This document shows, piece after piece, positions 9,214 through 20,200 of a stretch of DNA of 64,000 nt. The notes beneath the pieces were generated by a model. The model was given only the letters and a program-made list of their open reading frames with translations, was not told the DNA's origin and did no database searches. The stretch is from Clostridia bacterium. Its GTDB lineage: Bacteria > Bacillota > Clostridia > TANB77 > CAG-465. Location of the stretch: the NCBI GenBank assembly GCA_017626395.1, contig JAGAIU010000011.1, positions 20,917 to 84,916 of the forward strand, read 5' to 3'. A program made the position numbers and the translations under genes. The stretch's first letter is position 1. Every line of letters starts with the position of its first letter.

Positions 9214-10404
9214 ATGGCTAAAGATTTAATGAGTTTTACAGGTGTTAAAAACGCTCAATTTGCAGGTGGAGGTGCTGTATCTCACGATAACAGAATGGAC
9301 CCTATTTTATATGAAGATATGATTCAATATATTGAAGTTAATTCTCCATTTAGGGACATGTGTAGGGTTGTAACTACAGACCAATTTGTTATGGTTATAC
9401 CAAGAAAATGGCATGCTGGTATTGCTGTAGAAATTGTAGAAGGTTCTGAAATTCCTAAAGCAAGAGATGTCTACGATACCTTAAGTCTTAATTTAAGACA
9501 AAATGGTACTGGTATTAAAATAACAGATGAAGAGCAAAAATTAATGGGATTCGATTCCAATTACTTTGCTACTGAAGCTCAAAGAGCTACTGATAGGTTA
9601 CTTAAAAAAGAAAACGATGATATTGCTACTGTATTATTAGCAGGAGCAGGATATAATGTTATTGCATCAAGTAATAATACATTAAAATTCGATGATGTTT
9701 TAACTGCTAAAACAGAAATGTTAGAAAACCCATATGGTGTTGAACCTAATGTTATTTTAATGTCACATCGTTCTTACGCTGATTTAGTAAGAGACCCAGA
9801 ATTTAAAGAATACGATAAATCTGGTAAAACAAATGTTGTTAATACTGGAGATATCGGAAAAGAAATTGATGGATTAAGTATTAGAATTATTCCAGAAGTT
9901 GGAGATAACGTTTATTTAATCGACACATCATTACAGCCACTCATTTTAGTACAGATGGATGGTGTACATGTTGAATCTTACAGATTACATGAAACTCGTG
10001 AAGATGTATTAGACTTAACACTTTACGAAAAACCTGCAATCGTAAGACCAGATGCTATTACTAAAATTACTATTACAAGAAATGATGAACGTCCACAAAG
10101 AACCTTCCCAGCTGGATGGGACCCATATGATGGCTATCCTGATTTACCAGCAGATGAAGAAGAAGAAACACCTAAAAGAACCTTAACCTTTACTATTAAT
10201 GATGGTACAGACGCAATTGAAGGTGCTACTGTTACTATTGGTGACAAATCTGCTACTACTGGTGCATTAGGTGGTTGTACATTAGCTGATATCGAAGATG
10301 GTGAACAATCTGTTACTGTAAAAGCAACTGGATATGCCGATAAAACACAGACCATTACAGTATCTGAAAGCAGCACATCATTTACTATTAGTTTATCAGC
10401 ATAA
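9214..10404 (+). CDS. major capsid protein candidate with C-terminal Ig-like domain
   Basis: Strong RBS taggaggaataaaatATG. 396 aa. Positioned after the protease/scaffold. C-terminal TLTFTINDGTDAIEGATVTIGDK...VTVKATGYADKTQTITV is an Ig-like (Big/CarboxypepD-like) module. The HK97 fold itself was not verified. Confidence 0.5.
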   Translation: MAKDLMSFTGVKNAQFAGGGAVSHDNRMDPILYEDMIQYIEVNSPFRDMCRVVTTDQFVMVIPRKWHAGIAVEIVEGSEIPKARDVYDTLSLNLRQNGTGIKITDEEQKLMGFDSNYFATEAQRATDRLLKKENDDIATVLLAGAGYNVIASSNNTLKFDDVLTAKTEMLENPYGVEPNVILMSHRSYADLVRDPEFKEYDKSGKTNVVNTGDIGKEIDGLSIRIIPEVGDNVYLIDTSLQPLILVQMDGVHVESYRLHETREDVLDLTLYEKPAIVRPDAITKITITRNDERPQRTFPAGWDPYDGYPDLPADEEEETPKRTLTFTINDGTDAIEGATVTIGDKSATTGALGGCTLADIEDGEQSVTVKATGYADKTQTITVSESSTSFTISLSA

Positions 10405-10445
10405 TTAATTAAATAATTAGTTAAATATTTAACGAGGTAGATATA

Positions 10446-10856
10446 ATGGCAAGGAAAAAAAGTACAAAAAAAGAAACTAAAACTTCTAATAAAAAAGTAA
10501 ATAAAAAAGTTCAAATCACATACGAACCTAGATTTAGTGCATCTACTAAAAAAACAATAATCTTAAGGGAACCAATTACTGTAGCAGTAGGTAATACCTA
10601 CAAAACAGAATATCAATCAAAAATTCCAGGATTACCACCAGTATTCACTATTGAAGCTGGCGAGAAAAAAGAAGTAACTTTAGAACAATTTAAAGCTTTA
10701 TATGAACTTGGATATATCGATACACCAGAAGATATTGAAAAAAGAGAAAGGGAAAGACTCAAATACAATACTCAACCTGGTGCTGACCCAAGAAGCTTTA
10801 AAGTTGCTGCAAAACGTTCCCACTTATACGAAGATAACTTTATATTAGTTGAATAG
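10446..10856 (+). CDS. hypothetical protein with basic N-terminus
   Basis: MARKKSTKKETKTSNKKVNKK... RBS gaggtag. Confidence 0.45.
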   Translation: MARKKSTKKETKTSNKKVNKKVQITYEPRFSASTKKTIILREPITVAVGNTYKTEYQSKIPGLPPVFTIEAGEKKEVTLEQFKALYELGYIDTPEDIEKRERERLKYNTQPGADPRSFKVAAKRSHLYEDNFILVE

Positions 10857-10858
10857 AC

Positions 10859-11650
10859 ATGATAATTGACCCTACATACATAAAAAGTGTTTTAAACATA
10901 GAAGTAAGTGATGAAATACTTAATTACTTAATTAAACATTTTTTTAATTATGTATGTAAAGAAGTAGGATTAGACTCCACATTAGAAGAGGAAGAAATCG
11001 CTACTATCCCTACAACCCAAAAAGAAAATCCCAATATCTTGGAAGACGACTTAACACTCTTCCAAGAAACAATCATTTATGGTATAGCATGCGAATTAGT
11101 AGAAACAGAATTAATAGATAATGTTATGCCAGAAAACATATATCATTTTTATCAAACTGACATAGAAGAAGTAACTTTTTGTAATATTTTTAATTATTGT
11201 TTAAAAGGATTAGATACCTACCTAAATCATACATCAAAGGTTAAATATGTGAGACAGTTTTTGTTTTTAAAAGAAACAAAAATTTCAGACGAACAATTAG
11301 CTTTTTTAATAGAAGAATTCACTCAAGATATAATAAGTCATTTACCAGAAGATGCTGAAGTTGATACAGAATCTTTCTTATTTAAACAAGCATTAGTGTT
11401 GCAAATCGCATGTCACCTGTATAAATTAAAACCTGGGCTTATGGGACCCCCAAAATCATATAAAGTTGATGAAGTAAGGGTTACATGGACAGTAGGTTTT
11501 GATAAAGAAGGTAATACATGGTGTGATTTAGCCGAAGAAGCACTTGCTGATTTAAAAAAGAAATTCTATGGTCGTTATGGATTTGTTGCATGGGAAAGAC
11601 CTGGTGCACGAACTAAATATGGATATCATGGACCAGGGGGACGTACATGA
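10859..11650 (+). CDS. hypothetical protein (head-tail joining region)
   Basis: 263 aa. Sits in the block between capsid and tail genes. Confidence 0.45.
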   Translation: MIIDPTYIKSVLNIEVSDEILNYLIKHFFNYVCKEVGLDSTLEEEEIATIPTTQKENPNILEDDLTLFQETIIYGIACELVETELIDNVMPENIYHFYQTDIEEVTFCNIFNYCLKGLDTYLNHTSKVKYVRQFLFLKETKISDEQLAFLIEEFTQDIISHLPEDAEVDTESFLFKQALVLQIACHLYKLKPGLMGPPKSYKVDEVRVTWTVGFDKEGNTWCDLAEEALADLKKKFYGRYGFVAWERPGARTKYGYHGPGGRT

Positions 11651-12084
11651 GTTATTTTGATTATTTATTGGATTTTATTGAATCCGAAGATGAATATTAT
11701 TTGCAAAAACTTGTAACATATAAAAAAAGTAATCAAAAGATAAAAGACGAAGTTGGTAATATTATTCGTAAAGACGAAGTTGGTAACATTTCCGAAGAAT
11801 GGGAAGATATTAAACAACTTCATGGAACAATACAACACAGACAAGATGACGATGTTGGATATCAAGGTCAAGAATCTGATATTACATATCATGGATATTT
11901 TAGTCCAACATTTAAATTAGAAACAAATCAACTTTCAAAATATAGAGTAAAATTTGTACGTGACTATGAGACTTTATATTTAAATATCATCCAGTATGAC
12001 CCTAATAATTATTTATTGGGAGAACAGCATCATATTACTCTTGTAATGCAAGAAGATAGGAAATATAAAGGTAGGCAAAAATGA
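11647..12084 (+). CDS. hypothetical protein (head-tail joining region)
   Basis: Start overlaps the upstream stop (ATGA). Contains a tandem duplication, KDEVGNII-R-KDEVGNIS. Confidence 0.45.
   Translation: MSYFDYLLDFIESEDEYYLQKLVTYKKSNQKIKDEVGNIIRKDEVGNISEEWEDIKQLHGTIQHRQDDDVGYQGQESDITYHGYFSPTFKLETNQLSKYRVKFVRDYETLYLNIIQYDPNNYLLGEQHHITLVMQEDRKYKGRQK
11743..11787 (+). repeat. two 18-nt copies of aaagacgaagttggtaaY separated by 9 nt (27-nt period), inside the CDS
   Basis: aaagacgaagttggtaat-attattcgt-aaagacgaagttggtaac, read directly from the sequence. Confidence 0.7.
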
Positions 12085-12521
12085 GCTTTGAAGCAAATTG
12101 GGACGTATCAGGTGTTAATTTTGATAGTGCATCAAATGCTTTTATTAAATCTGCATCAAAATCAATATCAAATTTAAAAAGACACGAATCTGAAATTAAT
12201 GCTGCATTTAAGCGACATATTAGTACTAATATGATGCGTTCAGGTATGGAAGCTGATAATTTTGCCGATGTATTTTTTGCTCAAATAAAAAATGGTAGTA
12301 TTAATTTTGTTAATACTGCACCATTAGTTACTCAAAGATATGAGTATGGATATTATGATGGGTCAAAAGATACTAATGAGGAATATTATGAAGAGTATAT
12401 GGTGTCAACAAGTCCTAAATACTTTATTAGACCTGCCATACAAGAGACTTTAAATGATATTGGTAATATTATATTAGAAGAAGCTAAAAAAGAATATTTA
12501 AATAATCGTCAATGGGAATGA
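12081..12521 (+). CDS. hypothetical protein
   Basis: Overlapping start/stop (ATGA) with the upstream gene. Lies in the neck/tail-completion region. Confidence 0.45.
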   Translation: MSFEANWDVSGVNFDSASNAFIKSASKSISNLKRHESEINAAFKRHISTNMMRSGMEADNFADVFFAQIKNGSINFVNTAPLVTQRYEYGYYDGSKDTNEEYYEEYMVSTSPKYFIRPAIQETLNDIGNIILEEAKKEYLNNRQWE

Positions 12522-13312
12522 AGTCTATGAAAGATAGAAATGAACTTATATTGTTAATTCGTCGTATTATTGGAGACGAAAAAGAAGATGGTTTCTATAC
12601 TACAGTACAATGGAATAATGAAACAATAGAAGTTCCTAATTTCTTATTCAAAGATGGACCTGCTCAATACCCTGAAATACGTATATCACCATTTCTAACT
12701 GAATCACAAGCTTCTCATTCTATTAGAATAAGAAAGCCAAATTATGATAGTAAAACAAAATTTCGTAATACAATATTTCAAATAGACATATATGCTGACA
12801 ATATTGTATTAGCAAATGCAATAGAAAGTGCAGTTAGAAAAAGAATCGATTTATTTTATGATATAGATACTGTGGTATATGGATATGATAATAATTTTAA
12901 TAAAATTGACGAGGAACGAAATATTTACTTTAGCGAAACGCTAAACAAAAAAGATTTTAAAATAATTAGCGTACGTTTTAGTAGGATACCAATGACAAAA
13001 GTTAGTGAAAAATCAGCATTAAAATATAAAAACACATATTATGTTGATGATGGTGGTTTATATGTCAATACAGATTTACCTATTAAATTAATTAATGTTA
13101 ATACTGTATTAAATGGATTAGTTTTTCCAGATGGAGAAACAGCACATCAAAAAGGCATAATTAAAACACGTGTAATGAATAGAAGAAGTTTGAGTGAATT
13201 AGAAAAAAACAATGTTGAAAGAATATCTTTTGAATTAGGTATTTTTTACAGAATGGATGGATTACGTAATCCAGGTCCATTAGCCACACATATGAAAATT
13301 GATAGTGATTAA
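12512..13312 (+). CDS. hypothetical protein
   Basis: 266 aa. Overlaps its neighbours, which suggests translational coupling. Confidence 0.45.
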   Translation: MGMKSMKDRNELILLIRRIIGDEKEDGFYTTVQWNNETIEVPNFLFKDGPAQYPEIRISPFLTESQASHSIRIRKPNYDSKTKFRNTIFQIDIYADNIVLANAIESAVRKRIDLFYDIDTVVYGYDNNFNKIDEERNIYFSETLNKKDFKIISVRFSRIPMTKVSEKSALKYKNTYYVDDGGLYVNTDLPIKLINVNTVLNGLVFPDGETAHQKGIIKTRVMNRRSLSELEKNNVERISFELGIFYRMDGLRNPGPLATHMKIDSD

Positions 13313-13553
13313 AATGGCAGAGAAAAAAACTAAAAAAACCAAAAAAACAAGTACAAGAGTATTTGTTCAGCCAAAAGCTAAAGTTGCTATACGTCAAGAA
13401 GATAGCTTAACTGTAGCTGAAATCGCAGAAATTTTAAAAATTTCAGATTTCGATTTGTTTATGGTTAAACAATATGCAAATATTGATAATGGCACTTTAA
13501 TGACACAAACTAAATTTAAAGAATTATATAAAAAAGCTATAAAAGGTAGATAA
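13299..13553 (+). CDS. small basic hypothetical protein
   Basis: 84 aa with a K/T-rich N-terminus. Confidence 0.4.
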   Translation: MIVIKMAEKKTKKTKKTSTRVFVQPKAKVAIRQEDSLTVAEIAEILKISDFDLFMVKQYANIDNGTLMTQTKFKELYKKAIKGR

Positions 13554-13554
13554 A

Positions 13555-15744
13555 ATGGTAGTTGGAAAACCATATATTCGTTTTAAAGTCAATAATGAAC
13601 CAGTCCAAGCAGAAGTTGATTACAACTACACATGGGCAACTACTGTAGAAACTAATAAAGGACCAGTAAATACTCCTGTTTTTATTAGTAATGCAGCACA
13701 AGCGTATACTATATTTAATGTAGATATGCGTCCATATTTTGCTCAAAATCCTAAATCATTAATTATGATAAGGGTTGCTGCTAAAAGTAGGAATAAAGAA
13801 CCTTCTAAAGGTACATACAGTTTTACATCTGATAAAGATATGCCTGTATTTTTCACAGTTCAAGCAGAACTTAAAAAGACTGTTACTGAAGATGGTGAAT
13901 CAGTAGATTATACACATAAATTATATTATGCTGCTGTTGAAGTTTCAAATGGTACCACAACAAGTACTGAATACATTCCATTAATTGAGCATAGAACTAG
14001 TGCTGGTGTTCTTATTCCAGAATCTTATATTAGTGCATGGACAGATAATGGTCGTTTATCTGAAGCTAACGAAACAGCTATTAAAGCTGATGAAGAAAAA
14101 CCTATTGCTACTCAAGCTATCATTGATAGCATTGGTAAAGAAGATGGTATTACAAAAGCTGAATATGAAGCTACATACAGACAAGGTCTTAAAGATACTT
14201 TAATCTATTCTGCTGATAAAGTACAACCATTATTAATTCCACATAAATATGTTATCCCAGCTGGTACACCATTAATTACATTAACTGGTGACTATGAAGG
14301 AGATTATGGCGTATCTATTAGTTGTTCCGAAGCATTAGTTGGAGAAGGATATACTATTGTTATTACTGAACCTACATTAGGTACTTTAAGAATTCAAAAT
14401 GGATTCGATTTACAAAAAATTGCAAATCGTATTAACGATAAGAAATATAATGTAACTGCTACATTAACAAACGAAGGTCAATTAATTACAGCAGCTATGC
14501 ATGGTTATGCAAAACCAATAGAAACCCATAACGTTACAGTTGATGGACAAGCATTTTCATTAATTACTAGTCACATTACTGAAGATTCATTTATTTCATT
14601 ATCTAAAAATAAACAATCTGGTGCAATCAATTATTTGACTAAAGCAGATGTCGATGCTATTGCTGCTGATGTTAAAAATCAAACTAATTTAGCAACTGTT
14701 GAAGCAATTGATTACGCAATTAGTTTAGCACCTGCTGGACAACAATCTTTAGTAGGTGGTAGTAATGGAGAATGGGATGAAAAAGTTGGTAGAATCCCAG
14801 TTGAATATCAAGCTGATGCTCACGCAGAAGGATTAAAATTATTACAAAGAGTCAGATTAGCTGGTGTCTTTTGTATGTATGGTGAGGACGCAATTCAACG
14901 TGCATACAGGGAACATGGTATTAACTCCATTGAACCTGAAAAAGGTATGAATAATAACGAAACTTGCAAATGGAGAACAATTTTACTTGGTGCTAACGAA
15001 AATGATAGAACAGACGCTAGTAGTTTAGCAGCTAAAGCTGCTGCTTTAAATGATTCCTACACCTTATTATTAGGTCAAGGATTAATTGATTCTGGCTTCT
15101 CTGGTGTAGCATCTACTATGAGTGCTTCTGAAAGAAAAGTACTTGGTTTAATTAATGAACATCATTTATTACCATATGAATGTACTCAATACATTGCAGG
15201 ATTACGTAGTAAACTTGACTATGGTGAATCTATTTTCGGTGGTCAAGGTAGGAAACGTATTAGAAGCATTGGTAATTTAGATATTGCTCCATTATTCGAT
15301 TATGACGACTCATACGCATGGGACCCTAATACTTACACATTCTTAAATGAAAATGGTGTATTAACATTTACCGAAGAATATGGAAATATCACTCTTACTG
15401 ATGGTGTTACTACTATACAAAGTGGTAGTGAAGAAGATGAAGAAGGAGTCATGAATATTCTCAAATATACTCAAAATGCTATCTACGATGCTGTATTACC
15501 ATACATTGGTAGAAACATTAATGCTGATTTAGAAAACAGTATTAATATGGCTGTAGAATCTGTATTATCCACAATGAGAGATACAGACCAAACATTAATT
15601 GATACAGATGAATATTCTGCATATACTGTAGATATTAGTTTAGGCTCAAGGTCTAACCAATTATTAGGTAGAATTTACATTTACTTAACTATAACTCCAG
15701 TACATGCTTTAAGACAAATTGAAGTTGAAATGACAGTACAATAA
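13555..15744 (+). CDS. tail sheath protein (candidate)
   Basis: 729 aa. Lies immediately upstream of a tube-like gene, the chaperone pair and the tape measure protein. A baseplate J-like gene downstream indicates a contractile tail. No sheath motif verified. Confidence 0.45.
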   Translation: MVVGKPYIRFKVNNEPVQAEVDYNYTWATTVETNKGPVNTPVFISNAAQAYTIFNVDMRPYFAQNPKSLIMIRVAAKSRNKEPSKGTYSFTSDKDMPVFFTVQAELKKTVTEDGESVDYTHKLYYAAVEVSNGTTTSTEYIPLIEHRTSAGVLIPESYISAWTDNGRLSEANETAIKADEEKPIATQAIIDSIGKEDGITKAEYEATYRQGLKDTLIYSADKVQPLLIPHKYVIPAGTPLITLTGDYEGDYGVSISCSEALVGEGYTIVITEPTLGTLRIQNGFDLQKIANRINDKKYNVTATLTNEGQLITAAMHGYAKPIETHNVTVDGQAFSLITSHITEDSFISLSKNKQSGAINYLTKADVDAIAADVKNQTNLATVEAIDYAISLAPAGQQSLVGGSNGEWDEKVGRIPVEYQADAHAEGLKLLQRVRLAGVFCMYGEDAIQRAYREHGINSIEPEKGMNNNETCKWRTILLGANENDRTDASSLAAKAAALNDSYTLLLGQGLIDSGFSGVASTMSASERKVLGLINEHHLLPYECTQYIAGLRSKLDYGESIFGGQGRKRIRSIGNLDIAPLFDYDDSYAWDPNTYTFLNENGVLTFTEEYGNITLTDGVTTIQSGSEEDEEGVMNILKYTQNAIYDAVLPYIGRNINADLENSINMAVESVLSTMRDTDQTLIDTDEYSAYTVDISLGSRSNQLLGRIYIYLTITPVHALRQIEVEMTVQ

Positions 15745-15754
15745 GGTGATATGA

Positions 15755-16360
15755 ATGCCACACGCATATAAAAGTACAGACCCAATTAATGATTTTAATT
15801 TCTTTGAAACTGGATATATTATGATTGATGGTAATAGATATGATGTAGAAGAAATATCTATTAACACTTCACGTGATATGACTGAATATCATGTAGCAGC
15901 TCAAAGAGACCCAATCGACCATCGTCCTGGTAAAAACAAAATTGAATTCAGTATGAAAAGAGCATTTTCAGATGCAACATTATCTAATTTATATGATAAA
16001 TGTTGTGTGTTTGACTTACTCTTATTAAATAACGACGACCCAGATTCTGTACAACCTGTATTATTATTACAAGGTTGCAGATTAACTCAAGATAATATCG
16101 GACCTATCAATGGTTCTGATGTTGTATCTCAAGATTTAAGTGGTGTTGCACGTAGAAGAGTATGGAAGATGTGTGATATTAAAAATGCTCTTGAAAAACA
16201 ATGCTCTTACAGATGTCCTGATGCAACAGTATATGGAACCAATACTGGTGTAAGTACTCGTGTAACTCAAGACCCTGTTACAGATGCATACAATTTCGTA
16301 ACCAATACTGCTGGTCAAAAAGTAGACCACGCAAAAAGATTATTAAGAAACTTTATGTAA
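15755..16360 (+). CDS. tail tube protein (candidate)
   Basis: N-terminal YIMIDGNRYDVEEISINTSRDMTEYHVAAQRDPIDHRPGKNKIEFSMKRAF fits the phage tube/Hcp-like pattern (h-x-h-D-G...v-x-x-v...E...pG...h-x-h-KRg). Directly precedes the chaperone genes. RBS aggtga. Confidence 0.5.
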   Translation: MPHAYKSTDPINDFNFFETGYIMIDGNRYDVEEISINTSRDMTEYHVAAQRDPIDHRPGKNKIEFSMKRAFSDATLSNLYDKCCVFDLLLLNNDDPDSVQPVLLLQGCRLTQDNIGPINGSDVVSQDLSGVARRRVWKMCDIKNALEKQCSYRCPDATVYGTNTGVSTRVTQDPVTDAYNFVTNTAGQKVDHAKRLLRNFM

Positions 16361-16390
16361 GTAATTAATTACTTACATACTTTTTTTATT
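16355..16390 (+). terminator. perfect 24-bp palindrome ATGTAAGTAATTAATTACTTACAT plus T-run, overlapping the tube gene stop
   Basis: Palindrome at 16355..16378 followed by tttttttatt. Archaeal termination uses oligo-T tracts. Confidence 0.45.
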
Positions 16391-16465
16391 TAACACAAAA
16401 AATCATTTATATGCTTCAGAACCTAAAACTCTTTTTATAAAAATATTAAATATGAGGTAATATAA

Positions 16466-16978
16466 ATGAGCAAAGAAAAACAAGCTTTAGGAGCTCCAGA
16501 AGGAGAACACAAAATTACTGCAAACAACGCAGACGAATTATTAGCTGAATTACAAGCAGAATCTAAAAAAACTTCACAAAATAAAAAGAAGAAAAAAATC
16601 GAAGATTATAAAGTAGTTCAAGCAACAAGAGAAATGCTCATCAATAGGAAAGGTCAAATATTAAATGTACCAATTATTATTGATAATGAAGAAGCATGGA
16701 ACTTTAAAGTAAGAAGAATTTCTGAAGCAGAAAATTCAGACATTTTAGATAGGACTTTAGCAGTAAAAAACTTCAATGAAATGACTCCTGAAGAACTTGA
16801 AGCTTCAAATGATTATAACTTTAGATTATTAGCATTATCTGTTGTAGAACCAAAAATGTCAGAAGATGAATGGAAAGGTGTAGTAGACGCACCAATGGCA
16901 AGAAAACTTGTACAACAAATCAGTAAAGTAATTACTGACGTAAATGCTGATGGAATCTTTGACGACTTTCAAAGATAA
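16466..16978 (+). CDS. tail assembly chaperone (G-like, candidate)
   Basis: 170-aa acidic protein between tube and tape measure. Its 3' end is overlapped by a second small ORF in another frame. Confidence 0.45.
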   Translation: MSKEKQALGAPEGEHKITANNADELLAELQAESKKTSQNKKKKKIEDYKVVQATREMLINRKGQILNVPIIIDNEEAWNFKVRRISEAENSDILDRTLAVKNFNEMTPEELEASNDYNFRLLALSVVEPKMSEDEWKGVVDAPMARKLVQQISKVITDVNADGIFDDFQR

Positions 16979-17156
16979 AATCACTAATTCAAATGAATTA
17001 AAAGTAGATTTTTTAATTTGTAAGTTTTTACATAAAACCCCTGCTGAAGTGTATGAACTAGAAAAACAAGGGTTATTAACTTTTGAACAAAAAGTTTTTA
17101 TTGCAGCAGGTATTGCATGGGACAATGAAAATAAATTTTGCCCATTTTTACAATAA
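16944..17156 (+). CDS. overlapping ORF, possible frameshift extension of the chaperone (GT-like)
   Basis: Overlaps the last 35 nt of the upstream ORF in the +1 frame. This is the conserved position of the G/GT programmed frameshift. No canonical slippery heptamer seen. Confidence 0.3.
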   Translation: MLMESLTTFKDKITNSNELKVDFLICKFLHKTPAEVYELEKQGLLTFEQKVFIAAGIAWDNENKFCPFLQ

Positions 17157-17175
17157 TACTCATTTCGCTACTTTA

Positions 17176-17212
17176 GGAGAGTTAACTGTTATAGTTGCTC
17201 TCCTTTTTTTTT
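17176..17212 (+). terminator. hairpin GGAGAG-n16-CTCTCC followed by T9
   Basis: ggagagttaactgttatagttgctctcc then ttttttttt, read directly, between the chaperone ORFs and the tape measure gene. Confidence 0.45.
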
Positions 17213-17238
17213 AAAATACACCCATAAAGAGAAAAACA

Positions 17239-20200
17239 ATGACAAGCTATAACACAATAGAAACACCACAGGATTATGTTAATTACACCTTTAATATAAG
17301 TAGTAGAGGTGTAACTGAAGTAATGGGAGAGATGGCTGGACTCTCTAATACTGTTACTACTATTTTAGGACAATTAGCTTTTAAAACATCAGAGTATTTA
17401 ACACATACTGAATCATTAACAATTAGTATGAGTACAGCTGCTATTGCAGCATATGCTTCTGCTACACAGGAAGCAATGAAGTTTGAACAACAAATTGCAA
17501 ATGTCCAAGCTATTGGTGGTGAATCTATTAATGCGATGGATATCGGTCAAGCAGCAATGCAGTATTCTAATCAATTTGGTATGAATATTAGTAACATGAC
17601 AGAAGGATTAGAAGCATTAGCTAGGGCAGGATTAACTGCTACTGATGTAATGTCTGGAGTATTAGAAGAGGGTGTAAAATTATCAAAATTAGAAGGTATT
17701 GATTTAGAAGATTCTATTAATAATTTAATATCTACTACTAACTTATTAGCTGAAGAAGATTATGATATTAATTCTCAAGAATATGCAGATGCAGTCAAAG
17801 CAATGAACCAACATATTGTATCTACTTCAGAAAGTGCACCAATTAACGCTGAAAATATTATACAATCATTACAACATGTAGGGGGATATGCTTCAGCCAA
17901 TAAAATAGACCAAGACGATTTATTTGCTGTTATAGCTCAACTTGGTGCAAAAGGTACAAAAGGAGAAATGGCAGGTACTGCATTAAGGGCATTTATTGCA
18001 GCTGGTCAAAAAGACCAAGCTCAAAGAGCATTAGCACGTATAGGATTAAATGTAAGTGATTTATGGGATGATAATGGAGAAGCAATGCTTCCTGTATCTG
18101 AAATGAAAGATGTTCTTGATAATGCATTAGAAGCTCGTGGATATTCTCAACAAGAAAAACTTGAATTTTATTCTGATTTTGCTGGTTATAAACAAGCTAA
18201 CCAAATTATGAAAATCGATACAGATGAGGTAAAAGAGTACAAAGAAACCATTAAAAACGCTTGGGATTTAGGTACTAAATTAGATACAATTTTAGGAACT
18301 ACTCAATCTAATTTACAAATACTTTTTCAAACTGTAAAGAATTTTATGACTCGTGTAGGGTCAACAATGTTACCAATTCTTAACGCTATTATTATTCCTA
18401 TTAAATTAGGTGTGCAATTACTTGATGCTATGCCTTTTAGTGAAAATATCGTCGGTATTTTATTAGGCGTTACAGCAATTAAAGGTATATTATTATTTAT
18501 TAATAGAGTCGTGCCAACTTTAGCTGGAATGTATACTGGATTATCTACTTCAACTAGTAGAGCTGAAGAAAATATGGGAAAAACACGTAAACATATTGGT
18601 GGAATAGTAGACGATTTGAGACAAGCAAAAGACATTTTTGAGCATATTAATGATAAAACATATTTAAGCCAAATACGTTTACAAAAAGGATTAATGGGAG
18701 AACAATCCCATCAAGTACATAAGGTTATTACAAGAGAAATTTATAATGATATAGCTGCTGGAAATCCTAATGTAGCTGATTTTGATGACTTAAGTTTCAC
18801 AGAAAAAGAAGTAGTCAGTAATATTATGGAAGCGTATAAAGATACAGACATATATCAAAATAAATTACATGCATACGTAAATAGGTTTAGAAATATGGGT
18901 GAATATATTGCAGAAGGTTTAACTAGTAATCAAAATGTTAAAACTAGTACTTCCAAACCTTTCAATGATAGTAATCAAGACATTAATAAAAGAATTAGTG
19001 AGCAAGCAAAAGCTATCGTTGATGGTACTAAAAAAATGTATGAAAAAGGACATACAATAGCTGAAGAAAATATAAAAGTTGACTACACAAATGATAGGCA
19101 AAAAGATATTGTAGATGCAATTTTAAATACAAAAGATTCTTTAGCTGAAGCGATTGGTAGGGCTGTCGTACAAAATTTAAATGTTGAAGAGACTTATGTT
19201 TCTGAAGGATTAGGCAGTTTTCAATTAGATAAAGTTAAATCTTCAAAAATTATTACCCAATTGCAAGAAATAGAAGATAATGTATCTGATAATCTTGGTG
19301 ATATAGGATACTTTTTAGATTATGATTTAGAGAAAATAGATAACTTACTTGCTAATGTAGGTTATGATTTACAAAATAAAATAAGTGCTTTTTCAAATAC
19401 CAATCCATCTTATATGAATAAAATGCAAAAAATGAGAATGGAGAAAATTATTAGTGGTGCTGCTAAAACCAATTTAGGAGCTCAATATTCATTAGAACAA
19501 AATAATATTGATGTTCTTGGTGTATTACGTGATGGTAAATGGAATGACCCAGGTAATGATAGTTTATTAGGTATACATGATAGACAAATGGAAGCTATGG
19601 AAAAAGCTTTAGATATGGATATTCAAAAAGGTGTAGAACGTACACAAAGACTTAATAATATACATACTTATCTACAATCTAAATATGAAGGAAATAAAGA
19701 TGAAAAAATTGCTGAAATCCTTCAAGAGACAGGTAAAATATGGGCGTCAGATATTGCAACACCACGACCAAGTAGAGAAGCAAGTAAATACTTAACAGAT
19801 ACACGAGCAACATTTATTGGTAATACATTAGGATTAAATGGTGTTGATTGGAGTCAAGTTGAAAATCCAGCTCAAGAATTGATAGAGTATTTTGCTGATG
19901 CATCAGAAAATGCTAAAAAAGCTAGACAATTGAAAAAAGCTGATGCATTAATGTTTTCCATTATGGAACAAGCTAAAAGTGAAGATGCTATTTTTAACCA
20001 AGCTGAATCCGACGAGCTTGGATATATTATTAGAAGATATAAACAATTATTATTAGCAAGAAATAAAAAAATAGAAGAAGAACTTGGTGTTAATACTATT
20101 ATTAACCCAAAGCATACCACATCAAATCCAGCAATTAAAAAAGCACTTGAAGGTAGTGCTTCTACATATGCATGGAATAGAATTCCAGAAATTAACAATG

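Noticed and set aside
13985-14203. Plus-strand 72-aa ORF in an alternative frame inside the sheath candidate
   Set aside because: Overlaps a much longer ORF in another frame. Leu/Lys-rich junk composition.
18327-18635. Minus-strand ORFs inside the tape measure gene (this one and 18919..19101, 19872..20198, 22015..22215, 22643..22825, 24781..24972)
   Set aside because: Antisense to an 8.5-kb continuous ORF with obvious protein-like composition. Their low-complexity I/F/L/S composition is typical of spurious antisense frames.
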